Below the pieces are notes generated by a model that was given only the letters and a program-made list of their open reading frames with translations, was not told the origin of the DNA and did no database searches. Shown here piece by piece: positions 1 through 12,831 of a stretch of 64,000 nt of DNA. The position numbers and the translations under genes were made by a program. The stretch covers positions 93,002,001 through 93,066,000 of the forward strand of contig NC_086108.1 in NCBI RefSeq assembly GCF_963921235.1, given 5' to 3'. Every line of letters starts with the position of its first letter. Positions within the stretch are counted from its first letter, which is position 1. Source of the DNA: Mobula hypostoma (lineage: Eukaryota).

Positions 1-59
1 CTAACTTTGAACATTCAAGGAGTTATGAATGGATAGGTGATCGGTAAAATCCCTGTACC

Positions 60-420
60 TGATCCACAGAAGGAGGAGGAAAGGTCATTGCAGATGCAAA
101 TAAAGATGTTTGGGCCTAAGATATTGACTTGTAGAAATCCTGCAATGATATCCAAGGTAGAGACAATTGTCCTCCAGCAACTTCTGCCATTATCTCTAGT
201 CAGAAGAAAGTCCAAGCAACTTCATCTTAGGTAAGGTTCCTTATTGCTGCACTTTGTCAAATGCTCTCTTGAACTTAACTCTGCACATTTCTTGCCACAC
301 CTTTGGATTTCAGTACTTTAGTTGTTATTTGGCAAGGCTTTACGGCATCTTGAGCCACAATCTGTCTGGTTTGTGAATATCTCTCTATGCTCATTAATTT
401 TCTCATTGAGCTGGTCCTGG
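60..420 (-). mobile_element. Ancient decayed LINE (CR1/L2-group) reverse transcriptase fragment
   Basis: Minus ORF 15..215 contains IIAGFLQVNILGPNIFICICNDL, a decayed form of the RT motif xGVPQGSVLGPxxFxxxINDL; neighbouring sequence resembles the AFDxV motif. Confidence 0.55.
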
Positions 421-1189
421 CAGGCTGCCCAGAACACTCTGACAAATGTAGAAGTTGGCTGCAGCGAACCTGAATACTCCCACAATACAGCTTCCAAAGA
501 TAAGTTCAAAACTATGAAATCATTCTTTTTGTACTTTAAAGGTATTTTCAGGGCATTTGATTTATTATAAAAGATCCTAGCTGTACTAGGTTCCAAATGT
601 GACTAACAATTTCTTGTGAAAAAGTAGCATTGTAATTGTGAAAATGACAGTGTTTTATCTGTGTGAATTGCTACATAATCTCTTATCAGTAGTATTTCAG
701 AGCTATAGAATTTCAAATAATATGCCATTAATCCCTGTAAGTATTAAACTCTGTAATTCATTCAATCCAGTTTTTCATCACTTGTCATTACTTCTTCTCT
801 TTGCAAGTTATTTGAATATTTTTAGACCAGAGATAAACTCAGAAAATGTTTCCGTTCATTCCTCATCTTACCCTATTAATTTCTGGTAGAGTTGCCAGAA
901 ATCATCAAAAATTTATCAGAAATAAGCTGTCAGAGGAATTCAGAATGAGATCTTCTTCTCATTCCACCGTGGTTCTGTCCTTCACTATTTTAACTCCCAC
1001 AGAAGGCTCAGGGTGTAACATTAAAGTAACACACACAAAATACTGGAGGAATTCAGCAGGTCAAGCAGCATCTCAAGGCTTAGCTCCATCCCTAAACGAT
1101 GAACAATTTGAAGGTCCAAGAGTGTCTCCCTTACACTCGGGATTTATTTAATCCCTCAAGAGTCTTTGCATGATATGATTATCATCTAG

Positions 1190-1705
1190 TCACAACCAAA
1201 GCAGAGCTCACCTCTCTTAATAACTCATACCTCCCAGTCCCAGTAACATTCTTGTGAATCTTCTCTGCACCCTCTCAAGTTTAATAACATTCTTCTTATG
1301 ATATGGTGCCCAGAATTCCACAGAATATTCCAAGTGTGGTCTGATCAAAGTTTCATAGACCTGTAACATAACTCCCCAGTTTTCCTACTCAGTGCCCCAA
1401 ATGATGAAGCCCAAGTGTGGCACATGCCTTCTTCATCAACCTGTCTACCTGAGTTGCAACTTTCAAGGAACTATGTACCTGTAGCCCTAGGTCTCTCTGT
1501 TCTACAATGCTCCCCAGGATCCTGTCATTCACTGTAGGTGTCCTTTGCAAAATGCATCACTTTGCACTTGTCTGTGTTAAATTCCATGTTCCATTCCCTT
1601 GGCCACTGTCCCTGCTGATCAAGAACCTGTCATAAGTTCAGGCAACCTTCTTCACTGAGCTGTCCACACCACCATATTTGACATTATCTGCAACCTGACT
1701 AATCA
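1190..1705 (-). mobile_element. Decayed CR1 LINE RT C-terminal fragment
   Basis: Reverse complement matches the CR1 LVRPHLEYCVQFW region (ccagaattccacagaatattccaagtgtggtctgatc) with many stops. Confidence 0.7.
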
Positions 1706-2002
1706 AAGTTGTCCAAGAGGATCAGTCTGACACTCTCTGGAATGTAAGGCAGAGTTTTAACCTCCTTGACCTCACCCGTCGATTCTAATGTTTGGCATTT
1801 ATGCAGGTGAACACATCAGAGAGAAACTGATGGTCATCGAGGCTCATGTGTCCCACAGAGTGAGTTCTTGGGACAGTGAAACCTCAGGATTCAGGCCTGT
1901 CACTGTTATGGCCCCAACATTCGCACTGGCAAGCAGAAATTGCCTGTGAAGAACTTCTACTGTGGGAGAGCGTCCAGTGCATAGCCAATAAAGTATTCTA
2001 CT

Positions 2003-2520
2003 GCAACACACAAAATGCTGGAGGAACTCAGCAGGTCAGGCAGTATCTATGGAAATGAATAACCAATTGATGTTTCAGGCCATAATCCTTCTTCAGGACT
2101 GAAAAAGAGAGGATAAGACGCCAAAATGTGGGGAGGGGAGGAGGACAAGCTGGTGGAGCCAGGTGGGTGGGAAAGGTAAAGGGCTGGAGAAGAAGGAATC
2201 TGACAGGAGGACTATAGGAGAAAAGGAAGAAGGAGTGGATCCAGGGGGTAATAATAGGCAGGAGAGAAGAGGTAAAAGGCCAGAATGGGGAAGTGAAGAA
2301 GGGAGAAGGAGGGAGAGGTCGATATTCATGCCATCAGGTTGGAGGCTACTCAGACAGAATGTAAAGTGTTGCTCCTCCACCCTGACCATCTTGGGACATG
2401 AGGAGACCATAGACCGACATGTTGGAATGGGAATGGGAGTCAGAATTGAAATGTCTGGCAACTGGGAAGTTCCACTTTTGGCAAGTGGAGCAGAGGTGAT
2501 CAACTGCAGTCGCTGTAGTA
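2003..2520 (-). mobile_element. Penelope-like element 3' end (GIY-YIG C-terminal remnant, 3' UTR, decayed hammerhead at 2064-2101)
   Basis: Minus ORF contains VEEQHFTFCLSSLQPDGMNID, matching the GIY-YIG C-terminus at 45616-45700; pyrimidine-rich UTR; CUGAAGA...GAAAC-AUC motif. Confidence 0.8.
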
Positions 2521-3371
2521 AAGTAGGAAACACAGAAGACAACCTATGGATTCACTTCTGAGGAATCTACAACTCATGTTCTCATTACTATTGATTGATG
2601 ATTTATTTCTTTTTCACACTTGCACAGCTTGTCTTTTTCTGCACATTGGTTGTTTGTGCATAGTTTTTCATTGATTCTTTTGTACTTCTTTGTTCTGCTG
2701 TGAATGCCTGCAAGAAAATGAATCAGGATGGTAGATGCTGCCATATACGTACTTTGACAATAAATTGACTTTGCACTTTTGAACTTTAAACAGTGAAAGA
2801 AAGGTCATCTCTGCTCACAACAGAGGTTGTGGGTTGGAGAGGGATCTGAGTGGATGGTCCTCAGGGACCACTTTAAAGAAACTGTTTGGAATGAAATGTT
2901 GATTAAGCAATAGGAGGATGTTTCATAGCCATCTGTTGTCATTTAATGTTGAAAGTATTTTCTTTTAAATACTAATGACCTCACCTTCGAGATAGGTTGC
3001 TTCTGGTAGTGCAGGGATCTGAGCCAAGATCATTTATTTCTGTTATCAGCAGGGATTCAGTACTGCTGGAATTTCAACTATGCATGCCAATAGTATAACT
3101 ATTGGTGTGCAACTTCATAACTCTCCCAATCACACAGTGTGTCATCACCATTTATCCTTGTAGGAATTTTGAATATTCTTGAATTAGTGACAAACAGAGA
3201 AACCATTAGCTGGTAACATTGGATTCTAGATTGGCACTTTTCCAGTGAACAAATTAAAGAAATGGTGTGAAGGCTGAGTGTTTCCCAGATAGAATGGCAA
3301 GGAAGGCATGGCAAAAACCCCATGCACCTTATTTCTCTCTCCCATGCTAGTATAATTCCTCCAGCACAGGG

Positions 3372-3640
3372 CATTAGAGCATCAGCTGTAAGATCAGGTC
3401 TCGAGTCCTGCCCTGTCTGTAAGGAGTTTGTATGATCTCCCTCTCACTATCTGGGTTTCCCCTGGGTGCTCTGGTTTCCTCCCACAATCCGAAGACATAT
3501 GGTTAAGGTTAGTGAATTGAGGGCATAGTATATTGGCACCGGAAGCATGGCAACACTTGCACAAAGCTCGCTGATTTAATCTGACACAAGCAATGCATTT
3601 CACCATCTGTTTTGATATACATGTGAGAAATAAAGCTAAC
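3372..3640 (+). mobile_element. tRNA-derived V-domain SINE
   Basis: B-box-like gtctcgagtcc followed by the V-SINE core gggtttcccctgggtgctctggtttcctcccacaatccgaagac. Confidence 0.75.
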
Positions 3641-3740
3641 CATTAAAACTCTCTTTTTTGCCTTAATCCCCAGGGCTTTTCAGGGTGAAAAACTCTTGGA
3701 GATAAAACACACAGAAGAAATTAATCGAACATCACTCAGT

Positions 3741-3878
3741 CAGTCCTGATGAAGGATCTCAGTGTGAAGTGCCAGCTCTTTGTTTCTTTCCATAGATGCT
3801 GCCTGACGTGCTGAATTCCTCCAGCATTTTGTCTGTATTATTCTGGATTTCAAGCATTTGCAGATTCTCTTGTGTTTA
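3741..3878 (+). mobile_element. Penelope terminal (pLTR) fragment with decayed hammerhead
   Basis: cagtc-ctgatga-agg... followed by the family tail gatgctgcctga...ttcctccagcattttg...gcagattctcttgtgttt. Confidence 0.75.
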
Positions 3879-3898
3879 CAATAAATGTGCTGTTTTTT

Positions 3899-5605
3899 AC
3901 ATAGAAACATAGAAAATAGGTGCAGGAGTAGGCCATTTGGCCCCTCGAGCCTGCACCGCCATTTATTATGATCATGGCTGATCATCCAACTCAGAACCCT
4001 GCCCCAGCCTTCCCTCCATACCCCCTGACCCCCGTAGCCACAAGGGCCATATCTAACTCCCTCTTAAATATAGCCAATGAACTGGCCTCAACTGTTTCCT
4101 GTGGCAGAGAATTCCACAGATTCACCACTCTCTGTGTGAAGAAGTTTTTCCTAATCTCGGTCCTAAAAGGCTTCCCCTCTATCCTCAAACTGTGGCCCCT
4201 TGTTCTGGACTTCCCCAACATTGGGAACAATCTTCCTGCATCTAGCCTGTCCAATCCCTTTAGGATCTTATACGTTTCAATCAGATCCCCCCTCAATCTT
4301 CTAAATTCCAACGAGTACAAGCCCAGTTCATCCAGTCTTTCTTCATATGAAAGTCCTGCCATCCCAGGAATCAATCTGGTGAACCTTCTTTGTACTCCCT
4401 CTATGGCAAGGATGTCTTTCCTCAGATTAGGGGACCAAAACTGCACACAGTACTCCAGGTGTGGTCTCACCAAGGCCTTGTACAACTGCAGTAGTACCTC
4501 CCTGCTCCTGTACTCAAATCCTCTCGCTATAAATGCCAGCATACCATTCGCCTTTTTCACCGCCTGCTGTACGTGCACGCCCACTTTCAATGACTGGTGT
4601 ATAATGACACCCAGGTCTCGTTTCACCTCCCCTTTTCACCTCCCCTTTTCCTAATCGGCCACCATTCAGATAATAATCTGTTTTCCTATTTTTGCCACCA
4701 AAGTGGATAACTTCACATTTATCCACATTAAATTGCATCTGCCATGAATTTGCCCACTCACCCAACCTATCCAAGTCACCCTGCATCCTCTTAGCATCCT
4801 CCTCACAGCTAACACTGCCACCCAGCTTCGTGTCATCCGCAAACTTGGAGATGCTGCATTTAATTCCCTCATCCAAGTCATTAATATATATTGTAAACAA
4901 CTGGGGTTCCAGCACTGAGCCTTGCGGTACCCCACTAGTCACCGCCTGCCATTCTGAAAAGGTCCCATTTATTCCCACTCTTTGCTTCCTGTCTGCTAAC
5001 CAATTCTCCACCCACACCAATACCTTACCCCCAATACCGTGTGCTTTAAGTTTGCAGAGTAATCTCCTGTGTGGGACCTTGTCAAAAGCCTTTTGAAAAT
5101 CCAAATATACCACATCCACTGGTTCTCCCCTATCCACTCTACTAGTTACATCCTCAAAAAATTCTATGAGATTCGTCAGACATGATTTTCCTTTCACAAA
5201 TCCATGCTGACTTTGTCCGATGATTTCACTGCTTTCCAAATGTGCTGTTATCACATCTTTGATAACTGACTCCAGCAGTTTCCCCACCACAGACGTTAGG
5301 CTAACCGGTCTATAATTCCCCGGTTTCTCTCTCCCTCCTTTTTTGAAAAGTGGAGTTACATTAGCCACCCTCCAATCCTCAGGAACTAGTCCAGAATCTA
5401 ACGAGCTTTGAAAAATTATCATTAATGCATCCACTATTTCTTGGGCTACTTCCTTAAGCACTCTAGGATGCAGACCATCTGGCTGTGGGGATTTATCTGC
5501 CTTCAATCCCTTCAATTTACCTAACACCACTTCCCTACTAACATGTATTTCGCTCAGTTCCTCCATCTCACTGGACCCTCTGTCCCCTACTATTTCTGGA
5601 AGATT
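3899..5605 (-). mobile_element. Young 5'-truncated CR1 LINE (RT domain and C-terminus of ORF2)
   Basis: ORFs 4514..5608 (PDGLHPRVLKE, YRPVSLTS, YLDFQKAFDKV, GVPQGSVL, KFADDTKL) and 3991..4626 (LVRPHLEYCVQFWSP); 3' tail (tttctatg)n at 3899-3916; frames joined by a 13-bp duplication at about 4621-4646. Confidence 0.95.
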
Positions 5606-5875
5606 CAAGAATCAGTATGTCTTGACACCGTGGATGATGGGAGACCCAATAAGCTTTGGAATGACTCTTGTTTTATACTCTAATTTTCGCACCTCCCTCA
5701 GTTAATTTCCAGAGTTTATTTATGACAGACTGTTTGAAATTGTCTGATTTTGTCATTGGGCTGTTGTATGTGAGTTATATACACTGTGTTGTGCACTTTG
5801 GTCCGGAGGAACGTTGTTTCTTTTGCTGGTATACATGTGTATGGTTGAATGACAATAAACTTGAACTTGAACTGG
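5606..5875 (+). mobile_element. Rex1/Babar-related non-LTR 3' end
   Basis: Tail gacaataaacttgaacttgaact; same 3' end as the elements at 27570 and 30675. Confidence 0.55.
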
Positions 5876-6318
5876 AATTTAAGTATGGCCAGGTGGCAAA
5901 AACAATTCAAAGGAGATTTGACTGGCATGTGAAAGCGAATAGGTAATGGGGATAAAAGCAGAGAGGAATAGGGATTGTGGGACTTCTCTTTTGGAAGTTG
6001 GCATGGACATGTTGGGTCAAATTGCCTCCTTCTTGTGGTCTAATAAGTCAGATATTTGGTAAAGTACCACAGAACTTAGTTGGCATGTGTGAGTGGAAAC
6101 ATATTGGAGGTGATCATGCTCCAGGCTGGGCATTTATTTTCACCTTGTGCTATGCTTAGATTTAATCCACCATTTCTAGAAACGTTTGCGAGGAATCTCT
6201 GCCAATCAAGTACTAGAACATGCCAATAATTTCAGCTTCCTTTCCGGGTGAGTTCACCTCATACTGTCTAACTAAACACCAAAAATTAATTAAATGTTTG
6301 AAACATCTAAAGAAAACA

Positions 6319-6864
6319 GAAATAGTGCTTTCCCAATGTAAATGATGAATAAACTTTTCTCAGGCTTCTAGCTGGGTATAGGTATCAATTTTAACCGATA
6401 TTTCAATGATAAACTTTGCCATCTTCATCAGGGTTGATGCCTGGACATCTCTAGTCCAGTGGTATTTATACTCCCGTCGTCTGTCCCTCCTGATTGGATG
6501 AGGACTAATCAATCAGGTTTCTGCTATCCCATCCTGTTTACAATCAAATTCCAGTTACAGCAAGACCTTTGTCTTTATTAAAATTCTTTTCTAGTTTTAT
6601 TTCAATGGCTTCCTTCACCAGGCAGTCCCAAAGGTGAAGGTCTTGCTCTAAGTAAGAACTGGAAGTCAATTGTAGACAAGGTGGAACAGATGAAACCTGG
6701 TTGGATGAGGACTAACCAATTAGGAGGGATGGATGACGGGGTATAAATACCACCAGACTAGACATCCCAGGCATCATCCCTGGTGAAGGTGGCAGAGGTT
6801 GTCATTCAAACATTGGTTACAATCAATAATCTATACCTGACTGGAAGCCCATGAAGAGTTTATT
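6319..6864. mobile_element. Fold-back Penelope-like insertion (second PLE family), 15-bp TSD
   Basis: Inverted arms about 6344-6570 and 6640-6868; centre reads FWDCLVKEAIEIKLEKNFNKDKG on minus (PLE GIY-YIG C-terminus); direct repeat catctaaagaaaaca at 6304-6318 and 6865-6879. Confidence 0.85.
6393..6435 (-). ncRNA. Minimal type I hammerhead ribozyme motif (PLE-associated)
   Basis: AACC-CUGAUGA-(imperfect stem II AGAUGGCAAAGUUUAUCAUU)-GAAA-U-AUC-GGUU; stem I AACC/GGUU; palindromic stem III AUAU. Confidence 0.65.
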
Positions 6865-7639
6865 CATCTAAAGAAAACATTTGGAAAGACATTATGAGCA
6901 AGTTTGATAATTTCACATTACAGCTTATTCTCTATTGCCTAATAAGGAAGTTGAATATAATTTCAGAAACATTAGTGACACATTTGTTGGCTATGCCCTT
7001 CACAAGATTTATATTTCTCCGAGTTACGTTAATTGTGCATGCTTTACTTAGTCAGACATGACGGTAAGTCAGTAAGTCAATAACTAAGTTGTACGCACTT
7101 CCTTTTTTAATCAGAACACTAGTAGCATGGTGTATGAGTGTTGAGGGTGAAGTAGTAAGGGGTCACAATGCTCATTGTCAGATGGTAATGTGGGACAGTC
7201 TAAATGGTCTTTCGTGATTGGTAATTTTCAAAGTGCTTGCATTTTTAACCAAGAATAAAGTAAACCACAGACAAAAACATATGTGCTCGACCCTTAGTAA
7301 ACAATGATAAAGTTTAGCTGTGCAAAGTACACTGGTCCTATTGTTAGGACACACATCATGACTTCCAAACAGATGCCTCTGTGGTGCAGACTGAAATGTA
7401 TATATTTCAGTTAAATATATCCACAAAGCTTTGGGAAATGAATCAAGCTTACCCCTGTGTGTATCAGACTGTAAGCAATTAAAGTAGCTAGTAGTATATT
7501 GGCTTGATAAACACAGCAAATTACAACTTGGACTGGAGTCTGGGAAGTTTTTGACTTAAAATCTGATTACCAGCTTTCTCAAGTCTAGATCAGATACATT
7601 TTCAACCTCTCACGGCTACGGGTGGAAGTTCCCACTTAC

Positions 7640-9035
7640 TTCATAAAGACAACAATTGTACCAGTGCCTAAGAAGAATAATGTGAGTTCCCTTAATGACT
7701 ATTGTCTGGTGGCACTCACGTCGACAGTGAGAGGTTGGTCATGACTAGACTGAACTCCTGCCTCAGCAAGGACTTGGATCCATTGTAATTTGCCTTTTGT
7801 TACAATAGGTCAATGGCAGACGCAACCTCAATGGCTCACCACATGGCTTTCGACCACCTGGACAACACAAATACCTATGTCAGGATGCCGTTCATTGACA
7901 ATAGCTCAGCATTTAATACCATCTTTCCCTCAATCCTGATTGAGAAGCTGCAGAACCTGGGCCTCTGTACCTCCCTCTGCAATTGGATCCTCGACTTCCT
8001 AACCAGAAGACCACAATCTGTGCGGACTGGTAATAACATATCCTCCTCAATGATGATCAACACTGGTGCACCTCAGGAGTGTGTGCTTAGCCCACTGCTC
8101 TACTCTCCATATACACATGGCTATGTGACTCAAATATCATCTATAAACTTGCTGACGATATAACCATTGTTGGTAGAATCTCAGATGGCGACGAGGGGGC
8201 GTACAGGAGTGAGATATTCCAACTAGTGGAGTGGTGCCACAGCAACAACCTGGCACTCAACGTCAGTAAGATGAAAGAGACTTCAGGAAGCTAAGATGAA
8301 GGAACACATACCAATCCTCAGAGGGATCAGAAGTGGAGAGAGTGAGCAGCTTCAAGTTTCTGGGTGTCAAGATCTCTGAGGATCTAACCTGGTCCCAACA
8401 TATCGATGTAGTTATAAAGAAGGCAAGACAGCGGCTATACTTTATTGGGAGTTTGAAGAGATTTGGCATGTCAACAATACACTCAAAATCTTTTATAGTT
8501 GTACAGTGGAGAGCATTCTGACAGGCTGCATCACTGTCTGGTATGGAGGGTCTACTGCACAGGACCGAAAGAAGCTGCAGAAGGTTGTAAATTTAGTCAG
8601 CTCCATCTTGGATACTAGCCTACAAAGTACCCAGGACATCTTCAGGAAGTGGTGCCTCAGAAAGGCAGCGTCCATTATTAAGGACCTCCAGCTCTTAGGG
8701 CATGCCCTTTTCTCACTGTTACCATCAGGTAGGAGGTACAGAAGCGATTCAGGAACAGTTTCTTCCCCTCCGCCATCCGATTCCTAAATGGACATTAAAT
8801 CTTTGGACACTACCTCACTTTTTTAAAAAATATACGGTATTTCTGTTTTTGCATGGTTTTAAAATCTTTTCAATATATGTAATTGATTTACTTGTTTATT
8901 TATTATTATTATTTTTATTTTATTTATTATTAGTTTTTTTTCTCTCTGCTAGATTATGTATTGCATTGAACTGCTGCTGCTAGGTTAACAAATTTCACAT
9001 CACATGCTGGTGATAATAAACCTGATGCTGATCTG
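7640..9035 (+). mobile_element. Rex1/Babar-type LINE, decayed RT plus C-terminal domain
   Basis: ORFs with [65 protein letters not shown]; tail taataaacctgatgctgatctga. Confidence 0.88.
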
Positions 9036-9436
9036 AGGAATTAGGGAGGAAACCAGAAGGTCCCCTTCAAAAAACTAATACCTCGTATTCTTGTTATAAC
9101 TTCCCGAAGTTAAAAGAAAAGTTATATCCAATCTAAATTTATAGAGCAGATTTCAATTTACCAAAATGTGCTGGGGTCTTATGGAGGAGCTTTCTTAAAG
9201 AGCGTTGAGACAGCCTCAAAAGCATTGAAACTTTGCATGCTCATCAGAGATTTACATGGTTCTGTCTAAATCCTGAATGTCCTAACCAAACAGCATTGCA
9301 GAAGCACCTTCATCAGGAGGTAATTACAGACAAGTGAGCCTAACTTCAATGGAAGAAAATGTATTGGGAAAAGATATCCGACGGATGGAAAGGTGGGGGT
9401 TGACGAGGAATAGTGGAGGTTCTGTCTGCTTCATCT

Positions 9437-10484
9437 GTGGCAGGCGGTGACTAGTGGGGTACCGCAAGGCTCAGTGCTGGGACCCCAGTTGTTTACAATA
9501 TATATTAATGACTTGGATGAGGGAATTAAATGCAGCATCTCCAAGTTTGCGGATGACACGAAGCTGGGTGGCAGTGTTAGCTGTGAGGAGGATGCTAAGA
9601 GGATGCAGGGTGACTTGGATAGGTTGGGTGAGTGGGCAAATTCATGGCAGATGCAATTTAATGTGGATAAATGTGAAGTTATCCACTTTGGTGGCAAAAA
9701 TAGGAAAACAGATTATTATCTGAATGGTGGCCGACTAGGAAAAGGGGAGGTGCAATGAGACCTGGGTGTCATTATACACCAGTCATTGAAAGTGGGCATG
9801 CAGGTACAGCAGGCGGTGAAAAAGGCGAATGGTATGCTGGCATTTATAGCGAGAGGATTCGAGTACAGGAGCAGGGAGGTACTACTGCAGTTGTACAAGG
9901 CCTTGGTGAGACCACACCTGGAGTATTGTGTGCAGTTTTGGTCCCCTAATCTGAGGAAAGACATCTTTGCCATAGAGGGAGTACAAAGAAGGTTCACCAG
10001 ATTGATTCCTGGGATGGCAGGACTTTCATATGAAGAAAGACTGGATGAATTGGGCTTGTACTTGTTGGAATTTAGAAGATTGAGGGGAGATCTGATTGAA
10101 ACATATAAAATCCTAAAGGGATTGGACAGGCTAGATGCAGGAAGATTGTTCCTGATGTTGGGGAAGTCCAGAACAAGGGGTCACAGTTTGAGGATAAAGG
10201 GGAAGCCTTTTAGCACCGAGATTAGGAAAAACTTCTCCACACAGAGAGTGGTGAATCTGTGGAATTCTCTGCCACAGGAAACAGTTGAGGCCAGTTCATT
10301 GGCTATATTTAAGAGGGAGTTAGATATGGCCCTTGTGGCTACGGGGATCAGGGGGTATGGAGGGAAGGCTGGGGCGGGGTTCTGAGTTGGATGATCAGCC
10401 ATGATCATAATAAATGGCGGTGCAGGCTCGAAGGGACGAATGGCCTACTCCTGCACCTATTTTCTATGTTTCTATGTTTCTATG
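9437..10484 (+). mobile_element. Young 5'-truncated CR1 LINE, same family as 3899-5605, opposite orientation
   Basis: ORFs 9447..9758 and 9786..10385 nearly identical in protein to the 3899-5605 copy; CGA>TGA nonsense at 9756-9758; (tttctatg)3 tail. Confidence 0.95.
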
Positions 10485-10635
10485 ATTTTTGAAGAAGTAA
10501 AAAAATGTAGCATAATTTATTCATGATGAGAGTGACCTTGTTATAATTTATATGGAATTCAGGAAATCTTAGACAAGGCTAGTCCAGAAGGTTAAAACCC
10601 ATGGGATCCGAGGAAAGTTGGCAAATTGAATCCAA

Positions 10636-10826
10636 CACACACAAGATGCTGGAGGAACTCAGCAGGCCAGACAGCATCAATGGAAAAGAGTACAGTTGAT
10701 GTTTCAGGCCGAAACCCTTCGGCAAAAGACTGTGCTCTTTTCCACAGATGCCTGACCAGCTGAGTTCCTCCAACCTCTTGTGCGTGTTGCTCGGATTTCC
10801 AGCATCTGCAGATTTTCTCTTGTTTG
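10636..10826. mobile_element. Short Penelope-derived fold-back insertion, 13-bp TSD
   Basis: Arms tgctggaggaactcagc / gctgagttcctccaac; TSD aaattgaatccaa (10623-10635) and aaattggatccaa (10827-10839), one mismatch. Confidence 0.8.
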
Positions 10827-10904
10827 AAATTGGATCCAATGTTAACTTGGGAATAGGAGCAGAAAATGGTGGTGGAAGGCTGGTTTTGTGATTAGAATTT
10901 TGAG

Positions 10905-11135
10905 GCCATGGAAAGATTTTTAACTGGTTGCATCACCTGCTGGTATGTAGGGGCCAGTGCAAAGGATTAGAAAAAGCTGCAGAGGATTAGAAACACAGCA
11001 AGCTCCAACATGGGCACCAGCCTTCCACCATCAAGGACATCTTCAAAAGCCAATATCTCAGCATCTATCATTAAGGACCCCCATCACCCAGGACTTGTTG
11101 TCTTCTTATGCAGCCTGAAGACAGACAGACAGACA

Positions 11136-11171
<36 letters not shown>

Positions 11172-11357
11172 TGTTTTAGGACCAGCTTCTTCTCCTATGC
11201 CATTAGATTTCTGAACGGACAATGAACCAACGCATGAACTGACTATTTTTGTTTTCTTTTTGCACTACATATTTAGTTTGTTTTTTTTTTAAATATACAT
11301 TTCTTATTGCGGCAAAACAACAAATTTCATAACATATATCAATGATATTAAACCTGA
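10905..11357 (+). mobile_element. Rex1/Babar 3' fragment containing an (AGAC)n(AC)n microsatellite at about 11118-11168
   Basis: ASIIKDPHHPG motif; tail gatattaaacctga. Confidence 0.7.
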
Positions 11358-11966
11358 AAAGGAAGTGCAATACCACAGTGATCAGTGCCTGGACTTTTGT
11401 ACTTTATTATATACAGTAATGTCTTGGATGAGATCGTAGGATTATGAAGCTTGGATGAGATTATAGTAGATATGATTACTGAACTTGGAGATGACATGGA
11501 AGTTATTGGTGTAATTGATAGTGAGGATGTTGGTCATAGGGGACAGAATGATATTAATCAGCTGGTAAGTTAAGCAGAGCATTAGCAAGTGGAATGTAAC
11601 CTGATGTATTTTTGGAGAACATACACCATGAATGGTAGGGCCAGAAAGATTATCGAGGAAGAGCGGTGTCCAGTCCATAGATCCCACGGCTTACAACGTA
11701 AAAGCATGGAGGCCATGGCGAAAGCTAATTAAACACTGGTTGGGCCACAAGTGGAGTATTGTGTGCAGTTCTGGTTGTCACATTATGGGAAGGATGTGAT
11801 TATATCTGAGAGGGTCAACAGGAGGTTCACCGGAATGTTGCCTGGGATGGAGCATTTCAGACGTGAGGGGAAACTGGACTGGCTAGTTTGTTTGTCTTTC
11901 TGTAGAGGCACCTGAGAGATACCTGATATATAAAATTATTATAGACATAGATAGGGTAGATAGAAC

Positions 11967-12831
11967 TGTTACTTAACAGGCAACAATGAATATCAATCGA
12001 GACAGGTTATATAAAAACAACCAAACATTTATTAAACACGGATAAACGATAAAAAAGAAACAAATAGAAAATCTTAATCAGAAGTTAACCATTATGCAGC
12101 CATTCAACAAATCGTCACTCGGCACTGGTTCTTAAAGTGCTAAATGCGAAAACAGTTCTTAAAGCGATAAATTCGAAAGTCCAACAGATTTATACGTTCA
12201 ATTGGGAGAGACTTCTCTGGAGAAGGATTTCTTCATAGACGCAACTTTCCTGCTGGTTCTGTCCACAGGATTCACGATGCAGTAAATAAACAGTTTAAAA
12301 CAACTGACTTTAATTTCTTTAGAGAGGGAAAACCTTTGCATGAACTCTTTGTTCTTTTGGCAAGAGTTATCTTCGATGTAGGTCGCTACTCCTTCATTGA
12401 AGACTCAATAAGGTCGATCCTTTGTTAAACTGCCGAACGATACCAACTCCTCTCAATCCTTCGGGTCCTGTACTTCGATAAAGTCTTCACTCTCCCTTCT
12501 ACTGCTGCTGGAATAAGGTACATCAGCACACCTAGCAAAGATTTCCAGTCCAGAAATATTGTACCTTGCAACAGAACGCATAACCGTTTCAAAAATGAAA
12601 CTGTATCACAAAAACAAACACGCAACAGAAACAGAGACACAGCACGTTCTACCTGGAAATTGAAAAACTAAAAACTAACTGCGTCACCTGGGGTCTACCC
12701 TTATATACCTGTGGTGCACATGTCATCACGTGACCTCACATTGGCAGGAAAATTACATCAGGTGACCTTCCAAAAGACCATTACATCATTCTCACAAAAA
12801 AAAATCACAGATCTCCTTGAGGCATGTAACA
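11967..12831 (-). mobile_element. Solo LTR (865 bp) with 4-bp TSD
   Basis: Termini tgttac...gtaaca (TG...CA, 6-bp inverted); TSD gaac at 11963-11966 and 12832-12835; minus-strand TATATAA (12701-12707) upstream of AATAAA (12028-12033). Confidence 0.85.

Larger units (their letters stand above)
10485..11960 (+). mobile_element. Old CR1 RT fragment interrupted by a Penelope fold-back and a Rex1 3' end
   Basis: Collinear pieces resembling FEEV, RLVQKVK-HGIRGKLANWIQ and LVGPQVEYCVQFWLSHY across 10485-10635, 10827-10900 and 11360-11960. Confidence 0.65.

Noticed and set aside
3968..5096. Long plus-strand ORFs (3968..4654, 4692..5096) as genes
   Set aside because: They are antisense shadows of the CR1 ORF2 and recur opposite the sister copy.
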